In this document: piece after piece, positions 28,548 through 38,676 of the stretch
How positions within the stretch are numbered: the stretch's first letter is position 1
Layout: each line of letters starts with the position of its first letter
Assembly: GCA_050014495.1 (NCBI GenBank)
Contig: JBEKDF010000002.1
Location: 1 to 64,000, forward strand
Length of the DNA: 64,000 nucleotides
Source of the DNA: Candidatus Bathyarchaeia archaeon
Lineage (GTDB): Archaea > Thermoproteota > Bathyarchaeia > TCS64
Direction of reading: 5' to 3'
Program-made: the position numbers and the translations under genes
The notes under the pieces: generated by a model
Databases searched by the model: none
What the model saw: the letters and a program-made list of their open reading frames with translations, nothing else
Told to the model about the DNA's origin: nothing

Positions 28548-29749
28548 AGCCCTTTGGTAAGCTAATGACACGCCTCGACGCGTTACGCCTCATAGATGAG
28601 AATATAAAGAAGATTACTCGGGTTGAGGAGGTGCCAATCGAGGATACAGATAGAAGAGTAGTGGCTGAGAATGTTATAGCTGACTTCAATGTGCCAGCCT
28701 TCGACAGGAGCTCCATGGACGGATATGCAGTAAAGGCGCAGAATACCTTAGGGGCTTCTTCCAAGCCTGTGACTTTAAAACTGATAGGGGTACGTCACGC
28801 TGGCGAGGTCTTCAACGGCATAATCAACGACGGAGAGTGCATTGAGATCGCTACGGGGGCTCCAGTCCCGATGGGAGCGGATGCAGTAGTCATGGTCGAA
28901 AATACAAAACTAACGGGCGACGAGGTCACGATACAGAAAGAGGAAAGACTTGGGCACAACATCGCCCCCGTGGGTGAGGACATAAAGAAGGGTGAGATCG
29001 TAGTCAAAGCGGGTGATGTCCTAACGCCCGGTAAGGTAGGAGCTATCGCAGCCCTTGGCTTCTCCAAAATCAAAGTTTTTGCTAGACCCCGTGTCGCCAT
29101 CTACTCTACTGGTAACGAGATCGTCCCACAGGGAAAACCTCTCAAACTGGGGCAAGTCTATGACATAAATAGCTATACACTCTCAGTTGTTATATCAGCG
29201 AATGGCTGTGTCCCCATCCGTAGAGGCCTTGTGAGAGATGACCCAGAGGCTATCGCCGGGGCCGTGAGGGAAGCCACTGAATATGATGTCGCTGTCTTCA
29301 GCGGTGGCAGCAGTGTAGGTGTTAGGGACCTCTTTGCTAGCGTACTCGAGGACCTCGGGAGGATTCACTTTCACGGACTCATGGTGAAACCCGGGAAGCC
29401 TACGCTATTCGGCGAAGTTGGAATAACACCCGTTTTCGGTATGCCCGGCTACTCGACTAGCTGCCTCAACAATGCATACATCTTCCTCGTGCCCGCTTTG
29501 AGGAAATTAGCGAGGCTACACCCAGCGGAGGATATAACCATTGTAGCGAAACTAAGCCGGTCCATCAAGTCGGAGGGGGAGAGGGAACAGTTCTACTCCG
29601 TTCGAGTTGAGGGAGGCGAGGCAATACCCGTCTTCAAGCAGAGCGGGGACATAACGAGTATGGCGTATGCAAATGGGTACATCATAATACCGATAGGCAC
29701 TAAGAGCCTCGATGTCGGCTCCAATGTAACTATCCACCTCTTCTCCTAA
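28544..29749 (+). CDS. moeA: Molybdopterin molybdo/tungstotransferase
   Basis: SSMDGYAV, IATGAPVP.GADAVV, STGNE, KPGKP. Confidence 0.95.
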   Translation: MKPFGKLMTRLDALRLIDENIKKITRVEEVPIEDTDRRVVAENVIADFNVPAFDRSSMDGYAVKAQNTLGASSKPVTLKLIGVRHAGEVFNGIINDGECIEIATGAPVPMGADAVVMVENTKLTGDEVTIQKEERLGHNIAPVGEDIKKGEIVVKAGDVLTPGKVGAIAALGFSKIKVFARPRVAIYSTGNEIVPQGKPLKLGQVYDINSYTLSVVISANGCVPIRRGLVRDDPEAIAGAVREATEYDVAVFSGGSSVGVRDLFASVLEDLGRIHFHGLMVKPGKPTLFGEVGITPVFGMPGYSTSCLNNAYIFLVPALRKLARLHPAEDITIVAKLSRSIKSEGEREQFYSVRVEGGEAIPVFKQSGDITSMAYANGYIIIPIGTKSLDVGSNVTIHLFS

Positions 29750-29788
29750 TCGAACCTCTTTTACGGTCCTTCTGACCCATCTTTTCCC

Positions 29789-31084
29789 ATGACGAAAAAG
29801 GCGTTAGAGTATGAGCTCGGTGAGGACTTCGCCCTCAAGTTGGATGCAAAGGATCCCCTCGCCATATTCAGGAATCGATTCTATCACATCCCCAACTCCA
29901 TCTACATGGACGGGAACAGCCTCGGTCTCATGAGCCGAGACGCTGAGGAGTCTCTCCAACGCGTAGCGAATGAATGGAAGACCCTGGGTATAGCAGGCTG
30001 GGGAAGGGGTAAGATCCCTTGGATAGACTACGGCGAGGCCTTAGGCGACATGGAGGCTCCCCTCGTAGGCGCGGAGCCAGGGGAGGTAGTCGTCACCAAC
30101 AGCACCACAGTCAACCTCCATAACCTCGTCTCCACATTCTACGATCCAAAGGGTAGGAGGCGAAAGATACTCGCGGATGAACTCAACTTCCCAAGTGACC
30201 TCTACGCCCTCTATGCAGACATACTACTCAGGGGTGGCGATCCCGAAGAAGATCTCATCCTTGTCAAAAGCAGGAACGGTCTCATTGAGGAGGGCGATGT
30301 CATCGAACAGATGACCGGAGAGGTGGCGTTGGCTCTGCTGCCTAGCGTCTACTATAAGTCGGGGCAGCTCACCGATATGGCTCGCCTTACCAAGGCAGCA
30401 CACAGGAAGAAGATATTCATTGGGTTCGACTGTAGCCACAGCGTTGGTGTCGTCCCCCATTTCCTCGATAGGTGGGACGTCGACTTCGCCTTCTGGTGTA
30501 ACTATAAATACATGAACGCTGGCCCCGGCGGAACAGCAAGTCTCTACGTGAACAAGAGGCTTTTTGGTGTTCGCCCAAGCCTCGCGGGGTGGTGGGGAAA
30601 CAACCGCTCAACCATGTTTAACATGGTGACTAAATACGATCCCGCCAAGAACGTGGCTGCGTGGCAGATTGGCACAATCAACATGTTTAGTGCTGCGCCG
30701 CTTGAAGGTTCACTTCGGATCATGGGGGAGGCGGGCATCGAGAGAATCAGGGAAAAGAGCATCAAGATTACTGGCTACCTCATGTATCTCATTGACGAGA
30801 TGCTCGGGAAGGCGCCTTACAACTACTCGATAGCTACGCCTCGCGAGCCTGAGCGTCGAGGTGGACACGTCGGCGTCGCCCACAATGAGGGGTGGAGGAT
30901 CAACCAAGCCCTCATTGCCCGCGGCGTAATTCCCGACTTCCGTCCTCCGAACATCATTCGCCTTGCCCCAATCCCCCTGTACGTCACCTATCTTGATATC
31001 TGGAAGGTCGCCCAGCACCTAAAGGCCGTGATCGACAATAAGGAGTACCAGAAATTCAAGGATGAGAGATCCACTGTTACCTAG
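29789..31084 (+). CDS. kynU: Kynureninase
   Basis: YMDGNSLGL, FPSD, FD.SHSVG, WCNYKYMNAGPG, GWWG, DFRPP. Confidence 0.93.
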   Translation: MTKKALEYELGEDFALKLDAKDPLAIFRNRFYHIPNSIYMDGNSLGLMSRDAEESLQRVANEWKTLGIAGWGRGKIPWIDYGEALGDMEAPLVGAEPGEVVVTNSTTVNLHNLVSTFYDPKGRRRKILADELNFPSDLYALYADILLRGGDPEEDLILVKSRNGLIEEGDVIEQMTGEVALALLPSVYYKSGQLTDMARLTKAAHRKKIFIGFDCSHSVGVVPHFLDRWDVDFAFWCNYKYMNAGPGGTASLYVNKRLFGVRPSLAGWWGNNRSTMFNMVTKYDPAKNVAAWQIGTINMFSAAPLEGSLRIMGEAGIERIREKSIKITGYLMYLIDEMLGKAPYNYSIATPREPERRGGHVGVAHNEGWRINQALIARGVIPDFRPPNIIRLAPIPLYVTYLDIWKVAQHLKAVIDNKEYQKFKDERSTVT

Positions 31085-31127
31085 CATCTGAATAACCTTC
31101 TTTATTCCATGGGACGTATCACTTCCC

Positions 31128-32627
31128 ATGCCCGGGACCAGCGAGAGATACATACTTGCCCTTGATGAGGGGACGACGAGCGCCAGAGCCCTTCTTCTAA
31201 ACCGCGAAACGGATATTCTCTCGCTAGGTCAGTTTAAGATCAAGCAGTTCTACCCCCAACCGGGTTGGGTGGAGCAGGATCCCCTGGAAATTTGGGGTGC
31301 CCAGCTCAGGGCGGCGAGGAAAGCCATTAGGAACGCGAAGATTGTACCCTCTAATATTGCTGCCATCGGGATAACGAACCAGCGCGAGACTACTATTCTC
31401 TGGGACAAGGAGACTGGTAAACCCATCCATAACGCGATAGTCTGGCAGTGCAGGCGTACTGTAGACCTCGTTGAGGGCCTAAGGCCCCACGCTGTACTCA
31501 TAAAAGAGAGAACCGGTTTAGTTCCTGACTCTTACTTCTCTGGCCCAAAAATAAGATGGATACTCGACAACATCCCCGGCCTCCGGTGGCGAGCCGAGAG
31601 AGGCGAAATCCTCTTTGGAACTGTCGACTCTTGGCTAATCTGGATGCTTACGGGTGGTAGGGTCCACGCCATCGATTATTCTAATGCATCTCGGACGATG
31701 CTCTTCGACATCAGAAGACTCCGATGGGACCCGGAACTGCTTGAGATGCTCGATGTCCCGGAGGCTATCCTACCCGAACCATGCCCATCGAGCGGAATAA
31801 TCGGATATACAGACCCCAGAATATTGGGTGCAAGCATTCCTATAGCTGGGGACCTCGGTGATCAGCAGGCCGCCCTTTTCGGCCAGGTTGCCTTCGAGAC
31901 CGGCGCCACGAAGTGCACATACGGCACTGGTAACTTCATGCTCATGAACACGGGGACGAAACCAGCAAAATCGGATAGGCTCCTAACAACGATTGCGTGG
32001 TGCATCGGCGAGGAAACAAAATATGCTCTTGAGGGGAGTGTATTCGTCACAGGGGCAGCCATCGAGTGGCTGAAGGATGTGGGCATAGTCAGGAATCCAT
32101 ATGAAGTGGAGGCACTTGCTAAGAACCTCCGAGGTAACGAAGGAGTCTACTTCGTTCCCGCCTTAGCCGGCCTCGGCGCACCCCACTGGAATCAATACAG
32201 CCGAGGCACCATCCTAGGTATCACCAGGGGCACCAGTAGGGCAAACATCGCACGCGCTACCCTCGAAGCCATAGCCTACCTTACCCGAGATGTATCAGAA
32301 GCCATGGAGAAAGAGAGTGGGATTGAGACTCGAGAGCTACGTGTCGATGGAGGAGCAACGAAGAATGATTTCCTCATGCAATTCCAAGCCGATATCCTCG
32401 GAAAGCACGTCGTCCTCCCCTCAAACACTGAAACCACAGCTCTCGGCGCAGCATTCACCGCCGGACTCGCTGTCGACTACTGGAAGAACCAGAACGAATT
32501 GACCAAAATATGGCGGATTGAGAGGGTCTACAAACCCACCATTAAGCCGAGTGACCGCGAAAGACTATACACGAAGTGGCAGCAAGCCGTTATCCGGTCC
32601 CTCGACTGGGCCAAGACTGACAATTAA
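31128..32627 (+). CDS. glpK: Glycerol kinase
   Basis: [39 protein letters not shown]. Confidence 0.95.
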   Translation: MPGTSERYILALDEGTTSARALLLNRETDILSLGQFKIKQFYPQPGWVEQDPLEIWGAQLRAARKAIRNAKIVPSNIAAIGITNQRETTILWDKETGKPIHNAIVWQCRRTVDLVEGLRPHAVLIKERTGLVPDSYFSGPKIRWILDNIPGLRWRAERGEILFGTVDSWLIWMLTGGRVHAIDYSNASRTMLFDIRRLRWDPELLEMLDVPEAILPEPCPSSGIIGYTDPRILGASIPIAGDLGDQQAALFGQVAFETGATKCTYGTGNFMLMNTGTKPAKSDRLLTTIAWCIGEETKYALEGSVFVTGAAIEWLKDVGIVRNPYEVEALAKNLRGNEGVYFVPALAGLGAPHWNQYSRGTILGITRGTSRANIARATLEAIAYLTRDVSEAMEKESGIETRELRVDGGATKNDFLMQFQADILGKHVVLPSNTETTALGAAFTAGLAVDYWKNQNELTKIWRIERVYKPTIKPSDRERLYTKWQQAVIRSLDWAKTDN

Positions 32628-32695
32628 GCCCTGCAAATACGAAATCAAGTTAAATGCATGAAGTGTGGACACACTAGGCTGGTAAGTGGAGTTTC

Positions 32696-33775
32696 ATGTT
32701 AGGGGAGGAAGTAGTATGGGTAAAGAGCGAGACGCTGCGTGACTTCATGTTTGATGTCTTCAAAAGCGTGGGAGTCCCTGAGGGAGATGCGCAGACATGC
32801 AGTGATGTCCTTATTGCAGCTGATAAACAGGGTATAGACAGCCACGGCATCAGCAGGCTCAAACCCATCTACATCGACAGGATCTTAGCGGGACAGCAGT
32901 CTCCTGTGACTATTTTCGAAGTAATTCGCGAGAGACCCACAACAGCCGTCGTCGATGGGCACCGAGGCATGGGTATGGTAGTTGCGAAGAAGGCGATGAG
33001 GATGGCTATCCAGAAGGCGAAGAAGCTTGGAATGGGCATGGTTGCCGTCAGAAACAGTACCCATTTCGGCATCGCGGGCTACTATGCCCAGATGGCAGTC
33101 GACGAGGGACTGATCGGTATCATCGGAACTAACGCTCGACCATCGATCCCACCGACGTTCGGCACCGAGAATATGCTCGGTACGAACCCACTCACCTTTG
33201 GGATGCCGAATGACGAGCCTTTTCCATTCATGCTTGACTGTGCGACCAGCATCATCCAGCGCGGTAAGGTTGAGGTCTTGGCCAGAAACGGGAAGAAAGT
33301 CCAAGAGGGATTGGTCATAGACAACAATGGTGAATATATGACGGACCCCAATGAGATTCTCCAAGGCCTCACGAAGGGCAAAGCAGCCCTTCTACCAATC
33401 GGTGGTCTCTATGAAACAGGCGGCTACAAGGGCTATGGATACGCCACTGTCGTTGAGATACTCAGCGCCAGCCTACAGGGCGGCGCCTTCCTTAAGGCGC
33501 TCACAGGTACGAACCTAGGCCACTTCTTTATCGCAATAGATATCACCGCCTTTACCGAGCTCGACGACTTCAAGAAGATCACGGGCGAAATACTACGCGG
33601 CCTAAGAGCCTCACGGAAGATGCCAGGCTACGATAGAATCTATACTGCCGGGGAAAAGGAATATCTCACCTATTTGGAGAGGGAAAAGAAAGGAATTCCC
33701 ATAAACAAGAGCCTACAAAAGGAGCTCAAACAACTCAAGGAAGATTGTTCTCTTAAGAGCTACTTGCCATTTTAA
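32696..33775 (+). CDS. Ldh_2 family oxidoreductase (malate/L-lactate/sulfolactate/ureidoglycolate dehydrogenase-like)
   Basis: GIDSHG, NSTHFG, LGTNP, DCATS, GYKGYG. Confidence 0.9.
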   Translation: MLGEEVVWVKSETLRDFMFDVFKSVGVPEGDAQTCSDVLIAADKQGIDSHGISRLKPIYIDRILAGQQSPVTIFEVIRERPTTAVVDGHRGMGMVVAKKAMRMAIQKAKKLGMGMVAVRNSTHFGIAGYYAQMAVDEGLIGIIGTNARPSIPPTFGTENMLGTNPLTFGMPNDEPFPFMLDCATSIIQRGKVEVLARNGKKVQEGLVIDNNGEYMTDPNEILQGLTKGKAALLPIGGLYETGGYKGYGYATVVEILSASLQGGAFLKALTGTNLGHFFIAIDITAFTELDDFKKITGEILRGLRASRKMPGYDRIYTAGEKEYLTYLEREKKGIPINKSLQKELKQLKEDCSLKSYLPF

Positions 33776-33805
33776 AGTAAAAAAGCATCCCGATGTCCAT
33801 GTAAC

Positions 33806-34231
33806 TCAATCTATCAGGTGGGCGTATGTCGTATAACTAATCCCCGATTCGGATACAACCGAGATCTCTATCGTCGTTTCTCCTAGCCCGCTGCCAATCT
33901 GTAACTTAAAACTTATTGACTCGCCTACTTGGATCGGTTTCCCATCAAACATGTAGTCCGTTGTGATCTCCATGTGATCAGGAGGAAAGTTGTGGCTCGT
34001 GATAGAAGTACCATTCACGATTATCTCTGAGATCATGATCGGTACTTGGCCTGTATTGTTTAGATTCACCGTGATAGTTTTCACTCGACAGGCACACGCT
34101 GGTAGGGCGTAGATCACTGCTCTCTCGTTAAACCTGCCTGAGGGAGTAGAACCTCCCAATGATATAACGTATGATGTAGAAACTAAGATAACTGCGACTA
34201 GGAAAAGGTGGCTTAGATAAATTATCTTCAT
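33806..34231 (-). CDS. Hypothetical membrane-anchored protein with pilin-like beta domain
   Basis: N-terminal hydrophobic helix, then NNTG..PI.I..I.VNG. Confidence 0.6.
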   Translation of the reverse strand: MKIIYLSHLFLVAVILVSTSYVISLGGSTPSGRFNERAVIYALPACACRVKTITVNLNNTGQVPIMISEIIVNGTSITSHNFPPDHMEITTDYMFDGKPIQVGESISFKLQIGSGLGETTIEISVVSESGISYTTYAHLID

Positions 34232-34377
34232 TTCTTACAGGGGGCGATGCCGCCCAGGTTAAACCTTTGTTTAATTACCTCTGGCAGCCTCGTTGTAGCC
34301 CTCGCGCTATCAATTCCCTCAACATTTTAAAGGGCAAATATTATCAGTGTCTTCGCCCCCATCGTAACGATTCCAAA

Positions 34378-35538
34378 ATGAAGATCCTCGAGGACGTCAA
34401 AGTCTTAGACTTCACCCACGTCTGGTTCGGACCTTATTGCACCATGATGCTTGCTGGACTCGGTGCCGATGTAATCACCGTCGAGCCCCCTTGGGGCAAC
34501 ATAGGCAGGTTAGGCCCCGGTGAACTCTACAAGGGCACTAGCACCACATTCATGGCTCTTAACTGCGGTAAGAAGAGCATAACAATTGACCTGAAGAATC
34601 CCGAAGGTATCGCTCTCGTCAAGGAGCTCGTCAAGGAGGCCGATGTAGTTGTTCAGAACTTCACCCCGGGAGCTATGGAACGCCTCGGCCTCGGCTACGA
34701 GGAGCTCAAAAAGATAAAACCTAACATAATCTACGCTGCACTCAGCGGCTTTGGCCAGTATGGCCCTTACAGTAAGTATGGCAGCTACGCGGTCGTCGCT
34801 GAGGCTATAAGTGGTCATACATACGCCACAGGTAAGGGAATCTCCGAGGACCACGAACCAGTAACCATGGCTGGCGCCCTCGGGGACATCGGCCCAGGCG
34901 TCTTCGCCGCCTTTAGTATAGTCGCTGCCCTTCGATATCGCGACAAAACTGGCATAGGCCAGATGATCGATGTTAACCAGGTCGACACAATGGTAAGCTT
35001 CAATGGCTGCGACACTGTCGCGTATGACCTTTTCAAGGAGAGCCCCATTGAGAGGCGGAGGAAGCGTGGCCGCCCACCGAATGAGCTTTGGGGAGTCATC
35101 AAGGTCAAGGACGGCTGGGTCCAGATAGCGGGCAGTCGCCCTAAGGCAGTCGAGGAGATGAAGTCGAAGCTCGGTGTAGAGGAGGTTACACTCGACCTCG
35201 TCAAGGAGAAGCTTTCAACTATGACGAGAAAGGAGGCGTTCGAGTGGCTCGTAAGTTTCGACGTCCCCTCCGCCCCCATCTACGAGGCATATGAGGGTTT
35301 CGACGACCCCCACCTCAAGGCACGTAAGACCTTCATCGAGGTCCCACACCCCATAGCTGGCAGCTATCGGATACCAAAGTTCCCCGCCGAATTCAGCGAG
35401 ACCCCTGGAGAGATCAAGACTGGAGCCATAGTCCTCGGCCAACACACAGAGGAGATCCTAAAGACCGTCCTTAAGAAGACGCCGAAGGAGATCGAGGAAC
35501 TCGAACAGAACGGCGTCATCACAATATGGAGACCCTAG
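34378..35538 (+). CDS. Family III (CaiB/BaiF) CoA transferase
   Basis: LEDVKVLDF...GP, LGADVI.VE, GKKSITIDLK, SGFGQYGP, catalytic GD; start reassigned to ATG 34378. Confidence 0.92.
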   Translation: MKILEDVKVLDFTHVWFGPYCTMMLAGLGADVITVEPPWGNIGRLGPGELYKGTSTTFMALNCGKKSITIDLKNPEGIALVKELVKEADVVVQNFTPGAMERLGLGYEELKKIKPNIIYAALSGFGQYGPYSKYGSYAVVAEAISGHTYATGKGISEDHEPVTMAGALGDIGPGVFAAFSIVAALRYRDKTGIGQMIDVNQVDTMVSFNGCDTVAYDLFKESPIERRRKRGRPPNELWGVIKVKDGWVQIAGSRPKAVEEMKSKLGVEEVTLDLVKEKLSTMTRKEAFEWLVSFDVPSAPIYEAYEGFDDPHLKARKTFIEVPHPIAGSYRIPKFPAEFSETPGEIKTGAIVLGQHTEEILKTVLKKTPKEIEELEQNGVITIWRP

Positions 35539-35560
35539 AGCCACTTTTTTGAAAATAATC

Positions 35561-36007
35561 TCATCTCATGGGAAAGGACCATCTAAGGATGTCCTTCACC
35601 GACTTGTCAACATAGTCCCCGCAGCGTTGGGCTATATCCCGAGTCGTCACGACCCCGTAGATTATTCCACCTTTTACTACGGCGAGTCGGTGGACATTCT
35701 GCTTCGCCATCATTTCTGAGGCTTTGATCAGGTCCTCATCGGGGTCGACCGTTACAAGTGGAGCTGACATCACGTCTCCAACCACAGTCTTGTCTATGTC
35801 CTTGTTGGGTGCCACCACCTTGGCTATAATGTCGCGTGAGGCGATCATCCCCTTAGGCGTTCCCTTCTCTGTGACAATGATGTATCCATGTTCACCCTCG
35901 GCGATCATCTTAGCAGCTTCACGGACAGATTGGCCCACGTCGATGGTCATGAAGGTCTTGTCCATGTAGTCCTTTACCCTGTATGACGTTAAGTATCCCT
36001 CTGTCAA
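35561..36007 (-). CDS. CBS-domain pair protein
   Basis: Two CBS repeats (VKDYM..., VGDVMSAPLVTV); start uncertain. Confidence 0.88.
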   Translation of the reverse strand: MTEGYLTSYRVKDYMDKTFMTIDVGQSVREAAKMIAEGEHGYIIVTEKGTPKGMIASRDIIAKVVAPNKDIDKTVVGDVMSAPLVTVDPDEDLIKASEMMAKQNVHRLAVVKGGIIYGVVTTRDIAQRCGDYVDKSVKDILRWSFPMR

Positions 36008-36046
36008 CGGCAAGGAATGGGAGTTAATATGCATTTTCACCCAAAC

Positions 36047-36892
36047 TTAGTATTGCATTGTGTCGGCCCTCTTCCCCAAGACTCTCATGAAAGCATTTCT
36101 GTAACTTTCCGAGCCACCGACTAGGGCATAAATTGAATCATACTCCGCCTTCAACTCTTTTAATGTCGGAATTATCTTCGGAGGTTCATTAAGGCCGAGT
36201 TTATTTCTCAGAGTATCGAAGATGCTCGGGTTCGCTAAAGCCGCTCTGCCAATCATGACGCCTCTAACCCCCATGTCTCTCAGTAACTTCACCTTCCCGG
36301 TGGAGTCAATCCCACCGTTCGCGATGACTGGTATGCCGTGGGCCGCTTCGATGCACTCAGGGAAGACCGAGTAGTCATCGGCTCCACCCGACTCTTGCGA
36401 GGCGGTTTTCGCATGAACTACGAAGAAGTCTGCGTCAACCCCGCGGAGGCTGTTCAAGTAGACTTTATGAGTCTTCTCATATGCGTTCGTACCCAGCCTC
36501 ATCTTAAGCGAGGCTATGTAGCCACGAGCATGTATGAGGGAGACAAGTCTGCTAGTCTTCGCGGTCCGCTTGACCATGGCTGCACCCTTCCCCCGCCGAA
36601 TGACATCTGGGCTGGGACAGCTCAGGTTGAGGTTGAACCCTTCAAACCCGGGGAAAGGCTCGAAGCCGCTTAGGAAGGACTCCAAATGCTCCTCCTGCCC
36701 CGTGAGCACCTGAATCTGCACAGGTGTCAAATCTCGGGGAGTTATCTTCTCAAGTGCCTGCCTATTCCCTCTAAGGAAGCTCTCGACATGCGCCATCTCA
36801 GTAAAGGTTAGATCTGCCCCATGGCGGTAGCAGAGTGTCCTGAGGTTCCCATCTGTATAACCCTCTAGTGGCGCGAGCATAAAGCGGAACAA
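36047..36892 (-). CDS. tRNA-dihydrouridine synthase family protein
   Basis: LAPLEGYTD, NLSCP catalytic Cys, K.RLG, ANGGI, MIGR. Confidence 0.85.
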   Translation of the reverse strand: MFRFMLAPLEGYTDGNLRTLCYRHGADLTFTEMAHVESFLRGNRQALEKITPRDLTPVQIQVLTGQEEHLESFLSGFEPFPGFEGFNLNLSCPSPDVIRRGKGAAMVKRTAKTSRLVSLIHARGYIASLKMRLGTNAYEKTHKVYLNSLRGVDADFFVVHAKTASQESGGADDYSVFPECIEAAHGIPVIANGGIDSTGKVKLLRDMGVRGVMIGRAALANPSIFDTLRNKLGLNEPPKIIPTLKELKAEYDSIYALVGGSESYRNAFMRVLGKRADTMQY

Positions 36893-36945
36893 GACTACGA
36901 ATAGAAACTGTGGTGCGTGATATTTGAGTGACGCGTAGCGGGGTA

Positions 36946-37527
36946 TCACCGAGATACGAATCTGTTGCCCGGGATGTAGAACCTTAGTTCTTCAGGGAGA
37001 TCAGTTGTCACCCCGATCCTATGGCTCGTGCAGTAGTCAGTAGCGCTGGGGGCGTCGAGGATGTGTACCGGGCTGTTAAGGTCCGTGACCGGGTAGCCAT
37101 TGAGCTCCTGTGTAACCCCAAGAGCGAGGGTCAGCTTTCCTGGCCCGTTAGTCAGTTCCCTGTCGTCAACTACGGGACGAAGCCTTCTCATCGTCTTTAA
37201 CCCTTGAGTTGGTTCCAATGCCCTGAAGAGGACGCCCCCAACCTCCCCTTTTCTATGTGCCACCACGTTTAGCATCCAATACCTGTGGACATTGTAGATG
37301 AATACGCGTCCAGGGGGGTTCCACATTGGGGAGTTGTAGTTCTTTCTCCCGTGGAAGGCGCGGCTAGCTGGATCTGTGATGCCGTGGTAAGCCTCCGTTT
37401 CAACTATTTTGCCACCGAGTCTTTCTCCGTCTAGGACCCTGATCAGACTCTTGTCAAGTAGGTCACGAGCAACCTTCTCTGGGTTCCTCTCGTAGAATGC
37501 CTCGGGGAGGATACTCGATAAAACCAT
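36946..37527 (-). CDS. DNA-3-methyladenine glycosylase (MPG/AAG family)
   Basis: IVETEAY, VLFRALEP, NGPGKL, RIGV. Confidence 0.92.
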   Translation of the reverse strand: MVLSSILPEAFYERNPEKVARDLLDKSLIRVLDGERLGGKIVETEAYHGITDPASRAFHGRKNYNSPMWNPPGRVFIYNVHRYWMLNVVAHRKGEVGGVLFRALEPTQGLKTMRRLRPVVDDRELTNGPGKLTLALGVTQELNGYPVTDLNSPVHILDAPSATDYCTSHRIGVTTDLPEELRFYIPGNRFVSR

Positions 37528-37581
37528 TCCCTCAATCCCTAAGAGAATATTTTAGTTGCCCCATATAGATTGATACCTGAC

Positions 37582-38676
37582 ATGTCCGAGATCCGCTTAG
37601 GAGCGCTCAAGGACTACCTAACTAGACTTTTTAGGGAAAAAGTGGAGCTTATATCCGTTACAGGTCTCGGTGGGGAGGCCGACTCGGAGAAGGCTTTGAA
37701 GGAGTATGGCTATGGGACACCGATGCGAATAGACATCGCTGTTGAAGGTGTGAAAAGGCGACTAGTGTTCAATACGGTGAGACCGGGAGGATTCGGCCAT
37801 GAAACGATGCCAGATCGAGCAGCCATACTCCTATGGGAGGCCCACGCATTTAACACACTCCCCAGCCACGCTCACGCAGTCGACGTCGGCGCTATAATCA
37901 CCGACGGTTCAATGAAGACCCTAGGTGATGTGAAGGAACCTTTCCTCCTGACTGAGTTCGTCGAAGGCAGGGTCTACAGAGAAGATCTCGATAGGATAAA
38001 GGAGAACGGTGTCGCCACGCTACTTGACCATGACCGCGTTAGGGCAATGGCGAAGTATCTCGCAGAAATACACTCCGAAAAGAAGTATGACCCCGGCTAC
38101 TATGAGCGCCGAAACAGGGAGCTCCTCGGCCACAACGAGTGCATCTTCGGACTAACCGACAGCTATCCCGCTGACCACGAGTGGATCAAACCGGCGATGC
38201 TTGAAGATATCGAGAAGAAGTGTGTTGAGTGGAGGTGGAGAAACAAGGTCCTAACGCACCGACTGAGTAGAACTCATGGCGACTTCCATCCCTTCAACGT
38301 CATATTTCGTGAGGGTGTAGATTTCACAGTCCTCGATAGGAGCCGTGGCGAGTATGGTGACCCAGCCGACGACATCGGAGCCATGAGCATTAACTACCTC
38401 TTCTGGGGTTTGATGTATAGCCACGATTTTAATGAACCCTTTAGGGGCCTATGGAACACATTCTACTCTACCTATCTCGATGCCAGTGGCGATGAGGAGC
38501 TGCTCAGTGTTATCCCGCCCTACCTCTGCTGGCGTGCCCTGATAGTTGGGAGCCCAGTATGGTACAGAATAGATGAAGGGATCCGTAGGAAGCTCCTAAA
38601 CTTCGCTCGGAATGTACTCGAGGAGAGTCCCTTCGACTGGCGTAGGGTAGAGTCTCTTCTGGGGGATCGGAACTGA
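37582..38676 (+). CDS. APH/choline-kinase-fold phosphotransferase
   Basis: HGDFHPFN catalytic loop, LDRSRG, GDPADD. Confidence 0.85.
   Translation: MSEIRLGALKDYLTRLFREKVELISVTGLGGEADSEKALKEYGYGTPMRIDIAVEGVKRRLVFNTVRPGGFGHETMPDRAAILLWEAHAFNTLPSHAHAVDVGAIITDGSMKTLGDVKEPFLLTEFVEGRVYREDLDRIKENGVATLLDHDRVRAMAKYLAEIHSEKKYDPGYYERRNRELLGHNECIFGLTDSYPADHEWIKPAMLEDIEKKCVEWRWRNKVLTHRLSRTHGDFHPFNVIFREGVDFTVLDRSRGEYGDPADDIGAMSINYLFWGLMYSHDFNEPFRGLWNTFYSTYLDASGDEELLSVIPPYLCWRALIVGSPVWYRIDEGIRRKLLNFARNVLEESPFDWRRVESLLGDRN

Noticed and set aside
32628..32702. KCMKCGH zinc-ribbon-like peptide in frame after the glpK stop
   Set aside because: Very short, follows TAA, has no proper start and overlaps the probable promoter of the next gene
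37582..38676. Aminoglycoside resistance gene
   Set aside because: Only the kinase fold is shared; operon context points to metabolism
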